NCBI GenBank assembly: GCA_977030845.1
Contig: OZ365118.1
Span: 3,472,001 to 3,536,000 of the forward strand
From: Fimbriosthenelais zetlandica
Taxonomy: Eukaryota
Length of the DNA: 64,000 nt
Reading direction: 5' to 3'
Shown: positions 15,001 through 27,752 of the stretch, one piece after another
Layout of the letters: every line of letters begins with the position of its first letter
How positions within the stretch are numbered: position 1 is the first letter of the stretch
Program-made: the position numbers and the translations under genes
Notes under the pieces: generated by a model
Told to the model about the DNA's origin: nothing
Database searches by the model: none
The model's input: the letters and a program-made list of their open reading frames with translations, nothing else

Positions 15001-16043
15001 AGATCTCTATAGGTGGGTCAACCCAGAGAGGTTAGAATCTATATTTGGTGGTCAACCGAATGTCTACTGGTCTATATGTGACCTCAGTCCTAGGAAAGGA
15101 CAAGAAATGCTACCTTAGAAAATCTTTGGACCACTGAACTAAAATATTCAGTGAAAAAAATAGTTATTTGTAAATGTTTTCTCTGATATTTCTAATGCAT
15201 GGGAAGTAAGGTTTAGCAGGTCAAATATTACCTTTTCTGAAACAATATGATTTTGTTATAAATTGTTACAGTCAGGAGGGAGCATGAGAATATTCAAGGG
15301 ATGAATTTCATGGAGGTCACGTAGACATTTTTTGTTTTGCATGTGATCAAGCCGGACTAAAACAGCCATGAACAAGCAAGCCAGTATGGCATGGAAACAA
15401 TATTTCCCATTGATGCTTCATACACCCAGCTCTCCTGGGTCTAGCACGAGTCTACGTTGGTCTATCTGGCATCTAGATGGCCAGGTTTAGAGTGTCGTTC
15501 CTGTCTTTGGTCTTTGTCAGGACTCTACATGGTGATATTGGGGAGGCGGGGGTAGGGAGGTAGCCATTGAACCTGGTCTGAAGATTTGATGGTTTCAGCT
15601 CGACTATAATACACAAAGAGCGGGGTATGTCAAGCCTGCGACAGAACCATAAATCACTGCGACAAGCCCGGCCCAGGCCCCCCACACTACCACCCAATGG
15701 TTTGTTGCAATTTGTGTCAAATATGCCCTGCCCTATATCTCATAGCTCCGGGATCTTTTCATGCGGCCATTACTTAAGGGATAGTTAGGAAAGTTTGGCA
15801 ATATGATTTTCAAATTCTCCCATTATGCTTAGGTAAAGAAAGGGAGCCTTTATAGAGAGGGTTGACTGTGGTAGGGAACATTGAGGTGCTGGCCTTCCCA
15901 GCTCAATGCCTCCTGGGCTACATCACCTTTTGAGTGCCATGATTTGGGGTGATGGTTTTTCCGATCGAGTAAACCAACAAAATGAGAAGAGTTGTTAAAC
16001 AGCCGGGGCTTTATATCCGAGAAGAGGGTAACGCTGAGACGGA

Positions 16044-16127
16044 CAGAATGGTGGAGCAGTGAAAACATAGCCTCAATAGAGGCGGGCAGAATGGTGGAGC
16101 AGTGAAAACATAGCCTCAATAGAGGCG
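16044..16127. repeat. 43-bp tandem duplication (2 copies)
   Basis: cagaatggtggagcagtgaaaacatagcctcaatagaggcg is identical at 16044-16084 and 16087-16127. Confidence 0.95.
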
Positions 16128-17771
16128 AGTTGCCATCTATTGTAAAAAGACACAGTGGAGTTTCAAATCTCCCACTAAGTCATCGATTAGTTCATCCAAT
16201 TATCACTGAATGCTGGGTAAGCCGGTGAATGGTATGTGGCAATGTTAACACTTTTCTAGAGGTTTGTGAGGGTTGTCAGGTATTGTAGGAGGTGGTCTAG
16301 GGGAGGTTCCTGGCTTATATAAACCCCTCTTACAGATTACAATGGTCTGATGCTGAACCTCAATACACAGCTCCTTGTCATTGAGAGTGTTACGTAACAT
16401 GGACAGTTAAAGCCTTGTTACTGCTACCTTTGATGGCGTTCAGAATCAATAACAAGGTAACCATTACACCTGTTGGTTTAGTCCCATGTTCCCACACTTT
16501 GTGTAAGACTTTGAGCCTCAGACATTTTGGAATTATAAAGAAACCTATAATTTACCACTCAGGGCCGATTTCTTGATATTGAAAATAGGCTGATTCAATT
16601 CTAAGATGGATAGAACAGGCAGTCTGGTCGCAAGATGAGAGACCATTTTTTATTGTGTCCATTTCTTAAAGACTTATAGAAACAGAGCATCTTTGAATGG
16701 CAAATGATATTTGAAAAGGAAAAGAGACTGAAATCTATTTAGCAAATAAGATCAGATTAAATCTGTTGTAAGGGATATTATATCTTGTAGATGAAGTCCC
16801 TTTTCATTTGCCTATCGACACTTTCAGTCTTTCAGTTTAAGTGGGGTAAACATTATAAGATCCTAGTTACTGTTATGACGTATGATTACAGGGAAACTTG
16901 AATCATTTTCAGCTGGCTATAATTATAGGTTATTAGCTAGCATCCACCAAGTCTTCCCATTATTAACTATCATCTCTATATAGCGCATGTCCTTCTCTGC
17001 TGTGAGTTTTGATTTAGATCTTTTGTAGCCACTCAGGGCCCGCTATCACATTTCACTGCCTTCTGTTCTCACTTGAATCACTTCTTTACTAAAGCGGTTA
17101 ACATTCTGACAGAGCTATTTATGGGTTAGACGATTATCCTCCGACATAATCGCTTCAAAATTTTACTTCCTATGGTTGTCATAAAACATAAAAGGATAGG
17201 GAACTGTCAGGTTTGGCAGGAGAAGGGGTTGGGGGAGGGTATTCCAACATGTTCTCTTAGATCTTTGAGTAAACCTCTTCCATGTGCCCTGCTACACGTG
17301 TGAGAGATCCATTCTGAGAGGAATTTGATTTTAACCAGACCCGCATTGGGTTTACAAGTTCTGGGAACCCTTTTTTAGTCTGAGTTGGTAGCATTGTTCA
17401 CCAGGAATCACCACTATATATTCCAGAGATAAACTGCCCTAATTATGACAAAGCATAAGCAGCTAATTCTGGTCAATAAGTCCATTCATGTGGTAACAGG
17501 AATCGTTTTCATGTCGGAGCATGAATATTTAAATCCTTTAAATCTCTGCAAATCCAGGAAATAGAAAACCCAACTCACAGGATTTTGACATGCCACTAAA
17601 GGCTTGAGTTTCAGGTTTCTGACAATTTGTAAAATCTTAAAATCATGCAACTATTTTGATTAAAACAAAGACAATGGTACAGGCAATATGGGTCTTCTGA
17701 ATAACCATTTGCAATCAAGTTTAAGGTCTATCAGCGTATACTAATGTATTGTCTATTTGATATCTTTTCAG

Positions 17772-17990
17772 ATAACTACTGGGGATAATGATCATGGGAA
17801 TTACTTTTCGCCTAAGCCCTGGACGGACCCACGACACCCTAACAGCAACGACAACTCGTGGCAGCGACAGCAGCAGCAGCCACACCACCAATGTAGAGTC
17901 CACCCTAACACCAACCCAGCCCACTCACGCCCCCACGAGGAGAGCCCGAGAAACGAGGAGGCCTACCCCCTCACTCAGAAACAACTAGAG
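17772..17990 (+). CDS. Internal coding exon (73 codons, phase 0/0) of a protocadherin-like gene, cytoplasmic region ITTGDNDHG...PLTQKQLE
   Basis: Acceptor tatcttttcag ends at 17771 and donor GAG|GTACGT starts at 17991. The 219 nt are open in the frame of ORF 17757..18065. The phase-0 end joins the next exon in frame. Family assignment comes from motifs in the two downstream exons. Confidence 0.8.
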
Positions 17991-18395
17991 GTACGTGCTG
18001 CCACCTCGTGGCATTTAGCAGAAACAATCGATGGGACGTGTATAGATGGTTTCAGATTTGTTTAAAACATAATAAATTTAAAAGGTGGATTGGAAATTAA
18101 AAATGGTAAACAATTTAAATGAATGTAATGAACATTGAAGTATCAAAGGTAAGTTGCAAACAGCAACAGAAACAAATAGTTTTAATTACGTACCTTGAAA
18201 TCCTACACAGCACATAATAGAATATATCTGAAACCAAGCCCTAAAGAAGCCCCATTGAGGGCCAAATGCATAGGCATAAAAAACAAGACCACCAGGGAAT
18301 CAGCTGTGCTTGTTTGATTTCATATATTCTAATATATCTGATAATGTTAACATAATTTGTATCTTATCTAATAATTATGTTTATATATATTTTAG

Positions 18396-18564
18396 GCTCA
18401 CCAGTTGTTATCTCAGGCAGCGCCTCTGCCCCTACCCCCTCCTGATCTCCTGGATTCAGACTCGGCCTCGGGGTGTTCGGCTGAGATGTCGACCACAGAC
18501 TCGGGCCGAGGGCCGAGCGAGGATGGCGATGTGCTGCCACCTACAGCTGAACACAGAAACGATG
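18396..18564 (+). CDS. Internal coding exon (phase 0/1) of the protocadherin-like gene, AHQLLSQ...MSTTDSGRGPSEDG...HRND
   Basis: Acceptor atattttag ends at 18395 and donor G|GTGAGT starts at 18565; 169 nt. It encodes TDSGRGPSED (18495-18524), resembling the DSGRG/DSGKG motif of delta-type and invertebrate protocadherin tails (recalled knowledge, no search run). Confidence 0.85.
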
Positions 18565-21500
18565 GTGAGTTCACTTTATATTCAAAATTTATCATTCTAA
18601 TATTTAAACCATAATTTATCAATACCAAATATAATGAAATCATACAAGTATATTCCTACGATTTTACATAGTAATTGCTCAACGAATTTTTGTCTTCTAA
18701 TGGATTGGAAATGGATTGCAATGGTTTTGAGTTAGGGTTAGTTGAGGGAAAGCTCACCAGGTGGATGATAGTGCTAGGCGGGTGGATGTTATTGATGCAC
18801 GGTTTGTACACTAGGTGTCAGTAAGGTGAAGCCTGCACGCCTGGGATGGCAGTCAGGTGTTAAGCTGGGTTTACAGTTTAACTAGGATCCTCTGAGTTTT
18901 ACATCAGTCTGAAGTCAGGGATGTATGGTGGGAGAGTGGGTGAAATGTTCCTCTACCTCCGAGAAGATTTTAATGTAGGTTTCCAAGTCTGAAAATAAAA
19001 ATAGTGGCAGTTAGAAGTAGGAAATGATCAGGCTCAGCAAATACACACATATTTGGGTTTATTTCATGAAACTTGTACCATATAAATTAGTTAATCCTGT
19101 ATGGTTTGCACAGTGAACAATTTCTGTGGGAGACCATTTGTTGAATATTTCTGTATAGGAGCCTATCTGTGTGTTTACATAAACCTGTGACATAACTTCT
19201 ATTTGACATGTATCATAGAGGCCTATTGTACTCCTCCATCCTCATCTCCTATAGCCACTAAAAGCCCCCACCTCCACGCTACCAGATCTGAGGAGAATTT
19301 AGAATTTAAGAAGTAAGTTAGAGACTGTAGAGTTGAGGTGTTAGCCATACTGCTTATTGCGGCATTGATATGCGCATTGCCTCACACCGACTCCCTCATT
19401 GTCCAGAAGTGACAATCAAAAAACGTGACAAGATTACAGTTACCATAGCAATATATTGACATTCCTCATATAGCTTTTAGCTCGTCATACCATTCCATCT
19501 CACCCCTGCTGGCTGGCTGCCTTCACAGCCCAACAATAGCTTTAAAATCACTCAATCCCCGCCACACAATAGGAATCCACTAATGTCAAGGCACCTTTTC
19601 AGTGAAAAAGGCTGATAATTTGAAAAGCGAGAGCTCATGATCAACAGACATTAGAACAAAAAAGGATGGCTGCAATAAAGCAATGTCGTAAAATCACGAC
19701 AATCTACCTACTGACGACTCTCGTCACGTGACCATCCCTCATCTCTTACCATTGTGTGATTGGCCAGTTCTCAGCCATCCCACAGTGCCTTGCATGTGAT
19801 TTCTCAACTTTCGACATCAATATTTGAAGCAGAGAGCTTAGAAACGCTGAAGTTGCTCTCTTCAGGTATTCATAGATTTTCCTATGGATAGTGGCTGTTT
19901 GGCTGGGGCCATAATAAAGGGGCTTTTCCTGGGGATAAGGTCACTAAGCTTGCTATGAAATTACCCAGCTTGGCATGCACTCACAAGTCGGGGCTGGGAG
20001 TCGTGTGTTTATGTGGGGGCTCTTTCTGCCCATACGTTCCTTACTTCAGGGGATTTGCCTTTCACGCGGTGCTTTTAGATTGATGAGGTTTCTGATTTTC
20101 TCGGATTTGATGTTTTAGTTTTATCGCATTGCATTTGGCTACTGGACATGGCCAACCGTTGGGGCTTAGTACTGAAGCTGGGCTTTCTACTTATTCAAAG
20201 CCAGACTCTCATCACAAACCAACCAAATGATTCTAGGAAAAAACAATTAATATTTCCAGAACAATTACAATCTCCAATGTCCATAATACGAAGGGAGATT
20301 TCCCAGACATCATCTGATGAAGCTAAAACAAAATTAGCAATATTCCCTAAAGCAATATTTTCAGATTTAATATGGAGAAGCATAACTATTAGAGAAGGGC
20401 ATATTTGGGAGTGAGTTGATATGAGCTGCTCGCCTCAGTCTAATGAACTGACTATGATTGCCAGTCGTACCAGTTCGCCTTACATCAGAGTAAACAGAAC
20501 ATCCCGAGAGCAAACATCTCTCCTCCTAACTTTTCTCCACAGCTTGACACGTCCATTGATGCAGCAAATTGGGTTCCGCGAGCGAACCTTTGCCAAGATT
20601 AAAACTTACACATATATCACATCTAGTGAAATCCTCGCAGCCAGCCCAGCAGCTGTGGCCTACTGCCAATTAAAAATATTCCACCGGTAATCTACGAGGC
20701 TCCAAATGAGCAACTGACAGGAAAAGAAGCTTCCTCCTTTTAGTATTCATTATATTTTGACAGGTGTATTTTTTTTGTTCCTCCAGGAATGTATTCTACC
20801 CCTTCACCCACTGACCCTAATCGTCCCTTGTAAAACCTTTTCTATGTACTAAATTAGGCGCGCCACTCGTAGTCTATCTCTGAACCTTGAGAACAATGGC
20901 GGCCGCCCTTTACGGGCCCCCCTTGTCCCCTCCATTATCAGATTATTACAACCCATTGTTTTCCGATTGTCTTGCTTGCCTTGCGTTAAAAGCTTTGGTA
21001 TTGGGAAGAGCTGTGTATTTATTTGCCATCTTGGAGATGGCCCGGACCGCCTTAAAGAGCGGGCTTTGTTGATACTGTATACATCCAAATCTTCATCCTC
21101 TAATACTTTTTCGTGATCAATATAGATATACGAGGCTGGGAGATAATGCCAGATGCAAGTGTTTAAGCTACTTTCATCTTTATCTCTGTGAAAAATCCCC
21201 CTGGCTTCTTTGAGAAAGCTGGAGCATATTTTCATGATAAATACATAGGCAAACGTATATAGGTATACACATGGCCCTTGGTGCATCCATCATTCTGTAC
21301 TCCCATTCACTAAACATCCTTACTGCCAGTCTCTCAATGGAGCATGTCTTTCAAAAGAAACCAATCCCAGACCTCTCCCTATTTCCCACGTGCCATCTTC
21401 AAGCCAGTTCCTTAATTAATTACTTCAACCTGATTTTCTACTGCAAATTGATAAACCAAACAACTGGCTGGGGGAATGGGCGCGCTGAGGGAGGGGTTCA

Positions 21501-23809
21501 TGGGGCAGCTACTCTATGAGGAATGGCCTGCTTTCAATGATTGTTTCCGTACTGAGCGGTGAAAACTGATCGCTTCTTGGCTACGGTGGCCGCAAGCTGC
21601 TCAAATTTCCTCAATGTATCAAGTCTGAGAATAGTCCCGACCATAAAGATTCAGATCTTCACGATAAAAGGCACGAGCAGATTGTCATGAAAAAAATGGT
21701 ATAGATGGAAGGTAATGAATGGTTGGCTGGATGCTTGACACCCCAGACTTGTTAATATTAGGTGAGATGTATCACCTAATATGACGGAGTCAAGACCTGG
21801 ACTTAGTAGATGAGGGGAGACCACTCCCCCAACTCTCACCATGCTTCATCTGTAATTCATGCTGTAATCTTATAAATGGTCCACTGTGGGGGGTTATCGG
21901 TAAGCATTGTTTACAATGACAGGCATTAATTGAGAATCAATTTAAAGCTGCAACCAAGCAGGACACCATCACATTTATATGCCTCATATCTCACCTCTAT
22001 GGTTGTGCTATCTTTTCTCCCGAGCCTCTGCTCAAAGCACTCATCGATATTGACCTATCAAACACATTTGTTGGAATGAGGCATTTGCCTCAAATCGATG
22101 CAGTGCTTGAAGGCAGGTGCTATTGTTAGCACACAATGAGGCGGCATGATGATTCATGGACCATCTAGATTAGACACTGTATGCTTTGATAATGCCATTG
22201 TTGCTTTGACCAGAGTGTTAAAGAGGAAGGCCCGTCCACGCGGCCTATTGCTGGTGGCAGGGCTCAATTCTATTTGCACTTAACTGAGGTACCCCCGCGG
22301 GAGAGACGAGACAAATTGCAGCGAATTCCACACACGTGCAAACTGTCTTGCTTAAGGGCCTTGATCACCTAGGTCATACTCATATTGTCCCTATTTCCGT
22401 TTGCACAGTTCCAGATTAGTATTTCCCCCCAGGCACTGTGAAAGAAAGCCTGTTTGTAAAGGAGATGTTTGGTCTTAAATATGGAGGGAGAAAAAAGGGT
22501 AACATTGGAGGGAGAAAAAGGCAGAAACATTGTACTGCCCCATGTCACCTAGATTTAACACCTTACAGGGCTTTTTTTGTAGTCTTTACTTATCGAGTTT
22601 CCTTCTAACAATCCTGCATGGCCCTTTATATAAATACAGAGTCATCCATGCAGACTGACGCATGCACTGAGTGCTCAATGTTTACAGTATTTATGAACTA
22701 TTCATGATAGTGAGGCAGCTTGATGGTTGTTTTATGCTCATCGGATGAGAGCAATGAATTCTGTCCTGGAGTGCATTTTCTCCTTCTATATAAGAGGGTA
22801 TCCTTGGGTGGAGTTGGCTCGCAGTCAAACTGCATTTGGCTCCAATATCTGGCAGCCTTCAGCATATGTGCTTACACTTGAGTGTGTCTTAGTGGCCGCC
22901 AAGATACACGGCATTGACATCTATATAATGGGATAAGAAGGGATAAGACAGTCGTCTCTCTCATGTTGTGTGTACTCGTTGGGAGGGCCATAAAGCTGAA
23001 ATTGCTACCCGTTGAAAAGATCTGTTTAACAGGTTTTTATGGCGTTTTTATCGGTGGGATCAATCATTGGAGAGTGGAGCACTTAATTCACGTATAATTA
23101 GAATGAATAATTTAGAGGGTAATTAGGGATTGAACTTTAGGAATCTAGGTAGTTAGGTTTTATGAGCAGGTGCTTGGGAGGACTAGAGGATCCATCAATT
23201 ATCTGTAGAAAGTGCCTAAACGCCAGGTCCTGAAAGTATCGATTGGCAAAGTTAAGTCTTGCTTAAGTGAAATAAAGTGAAACGTACGCTGACATCCTTA
23301 AGTGAGGTATTCAACAAAAAGTCACTTTTTAGGACGTTATGATAGCTATCATATAACTCAAATTAATCGTGACCATCGGTTATTTTTCAATCCATTACTT
23401 GATAAAGGTCATAGTTGTAAGTGAGATCGTCAAACTTTTAACGTGTGAAATTGTTTTAATGACTATTTTATAAAGTGAATGGACGTCTGACTTTTAGCTG
23501 GGGTCAGTCGCACCCTGGCCAGCCCATGTTGCACGTCTCCTCTTTGATTATAGTCAGACGTGATCAGATGTACACAAGGTTACTTAGCGAAGAACGCAAG
23601 GCGATCCACGCGATGGTTCATTTTTTATGCCCAATCTGAATTGGTGCAAAATCCTCCTGAGTGATCTTGCACTAAAGGTGCACTGGGTGGCCCAGATAAA
23701 GTGGAAGCATGAAGCGGTCTGCAAGTGGTATCTTCTGCCAATGCTTTCATTATAAGAACATCATAGACGGGAGTATCTTTTCAGGGACCTTTTGGTGGAG
23801 TCTGATCGA

Positions 23810-23845
23810 CTGAGTGAGATAGCTGAGTGAGATAGCAGAGTGAGG
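23810..23845. repeat. 13-bp tandem repeat (~2.7 copies)
   Basis: ctgagtgagatag x2, then cagagtgagg. Confidence 0.85.
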
Positions 23846-24051
23846 TGTCTTTGGGGTGATATGTATTAGAGGGTTCAAGTCAGCAATCCCAGGCAATAGA
23901 TGGAGGTGGAGGGGGAGAGTAGAGGAGAGGTCACTCTTTGTAGTTCTCTAGTGGAACTTGGTGGAAATTTTGGCCGGGGATGGGTTGTGTATAATCAATG
24001 TGTCCTTGTGAAGGCCAAGTGACTGACAATGAATTGTTGGCTGTTTTTCAG

Positions 24052-24827
24052 AGATGAATCATCCAGCTGGAGGCCAGGGTAAGGTGGAGGATGTTCGTAC
24101 GCCTGGCCGGGGTTCACGGGCTGGCACCCGGCCACCGACAGGCACCCGGCCACCGACAGGCACCAAGGTATCATCACACGGTCAGCTACCTGAGGCTCAT
24201 CATCATAATCAACCTCACCATCATCATAATCATCACAATCATCATCAACCTCCACACAAACCATACACCAGCCAGCCAGGTTATTACCCTTACGACAAAC
24301 AAAAGCCAAGTCATCATACAAAGCACAGTCAACCTCCTCCCAGAAACTCTAAGCCTAGCCAGAGGCTGGCGCAAACACACCAGCCCCATGGCAAACAAAA
24401 ATGGCGGGAGGGGGGTCAGAAGAACATCCACAGTGGCACGCCGCCACATATAGGGCTCAGTGTGGGTGAGAAGCCCCCACTTCCCCCCAGGACAACAGAG
24501 TCTAAAGTGAAATCAAACTCATATCATGATAGAGACTTGCCGGTGGCAGCTGCTGGCCCCATGTACCAGGGCCCATTGAGAGAGCAGCTGGACAGTGGTG
24601 ACCCGAGCAGTGGTAAAATGCTCATCTGGGAGCGTTTTCGTGAGCATGCTGGTTCTGCTCCCCTGACACAAATGCCACACTGTCGCCCTCTGAGTAGCGT
24701 CCAGGAAACGACAACACAGGACGAAATGTCTGATGACGCAAGCACCACTTCCGGTAGCTACGTCCTTGACCTTGATGATGTAAGGCGGAGAGAGCTAGTG
24801 GTGAGTGGGCGAGACTCGTTCGTCTAG
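24052..24827 (+). CDS. Terminal coding exon of the protocadherin-like gene (257 aa after the junction Glu, ends ...VVSGRDSFV*)
   Basis: Acceptor ctgtttttcag ends at 24051. G from the previous exon plus AG gives GAG, in frame with ORF 24054..24827, the longest ORF in the window. It encodes DDASTTSGSY (24732-24761), a PxxPxR motif PPLPPR (24474-24491) and a C-terminal S-x-V. Confidence 0.88.
24123..24164 (+). repeat. In-frame 18-bp coding repeat (GTRPPT x2 + GT)
   Basis: ggcacccggccaccgaca at 24123 and 24141, then ggcacc. Confidence 0.9.
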
Positions 24828-27752
24828 GACCTCTGGTGGCGTCCAACAAAACTATTACCACCCAGTCACATTGGACTTGTTTTTTTAGACCCAAGGTTGC
24901 CATAGCATCACCCTTGGGAAGTGTAAACTGTCTGCTGTTTGCCTCAACTAGTGATACAAAAGCGCTCTCAAAAACCAGCCTGGCAATGGTTATTCTGTAG
25001 CTGCTATATTTATTACATTTCAGTCAAATTGTCAACATGTTGTGTTTGATATTAGATCTTTTCATATTTATATTAAGTAATATATTGGTAGACTCCTAGG
25101 TTGATGAATAACCTAGCCACTGGATTTAAGAGTGCAAAAGTCGGTGCTATTCGTTACAATTTGTATATATAATTCAAATGTCTATGTGTAAATATATAAG
25201 TGTGTTTTAGAATGCGTTTCAAATCACAAACATTCATGAATGGACCAAACCAAAATTATTTTCAAGGAGGTGGGATTTGGGGGGGGGGGGGGTGTGTGTC
25301 TTAATAGGGTAATAGTTCATCAACATAGACGAGGGAGTATATCTCCCTCCCTGCAATGCTTCTAGACCAGTCTGTCACAGGCAATAGAGGATAAAGAAAG
25401 GCGGGAGTGGATCTGCCAGGTTGGGCAGCTGCGTTATAGTGAGAAATTAACCACTAAGTCTTGCTATCAACAATGCCGGAGCCTCGGCAGCTGGCTCGCG
25501 CTTATGGATGGCTGTCGGCGGTCCAAATGCAGGCCTGAACCTTTTTTTGCCCAGTAAACATTAAGCTGCGTTGAGGCCCCCACTAATGACGGCCTAATGT
25601 AGCTCGGTATTGTGGTGAAATGGGCACTAATTGGCCATATCTTATTTAAGCATATAGGTAGCTTTTCAACAGGATTATCTACCTAAGTATGGTTGTTATT
25701 AATGAAATGAAAACCATGTTTCCGAAGGAAAACTTTCTGATACTTTTAACTAAGAAATCTGGTTCAAATGTTTGTCCATTAAACGGGGTAAAAAGAGAAA
25801 GAGAGACAGGATGTAGCATGGGCAAATCTTCCTGTTTAAAACAGGTAGGTGGTCAATCAATTGCCCTGAATGCGGGAGGCAATGCATCACAATCGTTTCC
25901 TCAAATCAAACTAGGTTCAATGCCCAGGCCAGAGTTCCTTCCACCTCCAAAACCAGGCCCCATCTAAGATTTATTTCACTTTCATTTCAAAATCTTCAGT
26001 CCTTTAAGTTAACCTTTTATATTCAACAACTAAGGATAATGCACTTTAAGAGTTTGGGATCGGCAAGGCGGAATGGGTAACTTAATTTATAGCTGGTGTA
26101 TCAATGACAGAGCAAGTATATAAATTCAGTTATAGTGGCCAACTGGGTCCCACTGGTGCTCGCCATACCTCCATTAACCATAAGCAACAGCGATATCAAG
26201 AAGTAATGCACAAATACATCTCGACATAATTACTGTAATCATCTCTGTTGGTGCCCACTAGTACCACCAGTTTGTATTTCCCCTGGAGGAGAGCGCTCGC
26301 TCCCCAGTGCAAGGTCTCTAAGCTAGGAGAAGGAAGATCACATAAATATTTAGATAATACTTGCTCCTGCACATCATGTGCACTCAAGTTTGTAACAAAC
26401 GGTCGAAAAAGGGTAAATAAATGGGAAGGTGGTTTTAATGCTGGTAATAGACAGGGATTAGAGTTGTGTTTTAAAGGATTGAGTTCATTACTTTGTTGTT
26501 CAGAAGATGGCCTTCTATTGTTCAGAAACTGGATGTTATTGTCCATTTACATGAGATTCAGAACTTTCATTTTATGTGTATTAAAAACAAGGAAAATACC
26601 ATCATCTGGTTTAGATATTCATATAATGTATCTGTTCATATTGCCATCTCCGATCATTTGTAGACAGTTAAATTAATAACTCGTTTGACAACTTATATTA
26701 ATATAACTGTGGTCTACAATGAAACATCTCAAACGAGATCAAATATTCTGTTTGTGTAAGGAAGCAAGTGTGTGAATGGCGATTATGAGTAGAGGGAGGT
26801 GATGGAGGTAATGTAGGGGGTGGGGGTGGGGGGTGGGGTAGCTTTGATGTGCCAGACCAGGTATAAATACTGGCAGACCTGGGTGCCGGTAATATCAGAT
26901 ACATCCACATTTGGATTAAGGCTCATTAGTGGATGGGTATAGCAGGACTGTTCAGGTATGAAGCATTAATGACTGGTGTAGGCTAAAGAGCAGGGTCAAA
27001 TCAGCCACGGGGCTTGTAAAGAAGCACTGAGCTAGAGGTAGGGTGAGGTGAAAGTCATTCATACAGCAAGGCAGGGATGCATAACTCTTATAAGTCAAAT
27101 CACCAAATCAATTTATCATTCGATTATTTCGGATTGGGGTAATAAAACAATGGACAATATTACAAATAAAAAACAGGATTTATGATATTGGATTGAAAAT
27201 CCTCTACATTATCAGAAGCCCCCCTTTCCTCCAGGGTCATCGTTCATTCCTTTATCTATCGTTAATCAAAGTTAGAAGAGGAAGCAGTAAACCGACACTA
27301 ACGATGCTCAATTAAAAACCAATTGCTTAATTGGCATCTTCAGAAGATGGGTGACTCAAAGACATGGAATTTAGGATATTTTCCCAGGCTCTTATCAGCA
27401 AAATTTCAAACCAAGAGAAGGGCGTTTCATAAGAAAGATGTGTAGCTTTAGTCAGTGGTAGGTCCATGGGTTAATGGGACGCATCTTTATTTATGAAACA
27501 CTCCAAAGTATTGATCCTCAGGGAATGGTTCTAAGATTTCTTATTCTGACTTTATTTTCCACCTGGGAATCTTAAAAAAATCCTCCGTGGACTCATTCAC
27601 ATGAATTCGTGTAAATTCTTGTTTATAGCAGTTGTATATAAAGTTAAAATGACCATTGATATTGATGGAAAATTTGTGTACAAAAGTGTGTGTGAATAGA
27701 TGTAAAAATAACATGCCTTTTATGATGCTATATGAAGTGGTTGATACAAACG

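Noticed and set aside
20849-21286. 145-aa minus-strand ORF
   Set aside because: No recognisable homology. It overlaps a motif-rich non-coding island in the intron.
24091-24903. Alternative-frame and antisense ORFs over the terminal exon (24091..24453, 24186..24449, 24524..24748, 24622..24903)
   Set aside because: They are shadows of a GC-rich, repetitive true exon. Only the 24054 frame fits the splice phase and carries conserved motifs.
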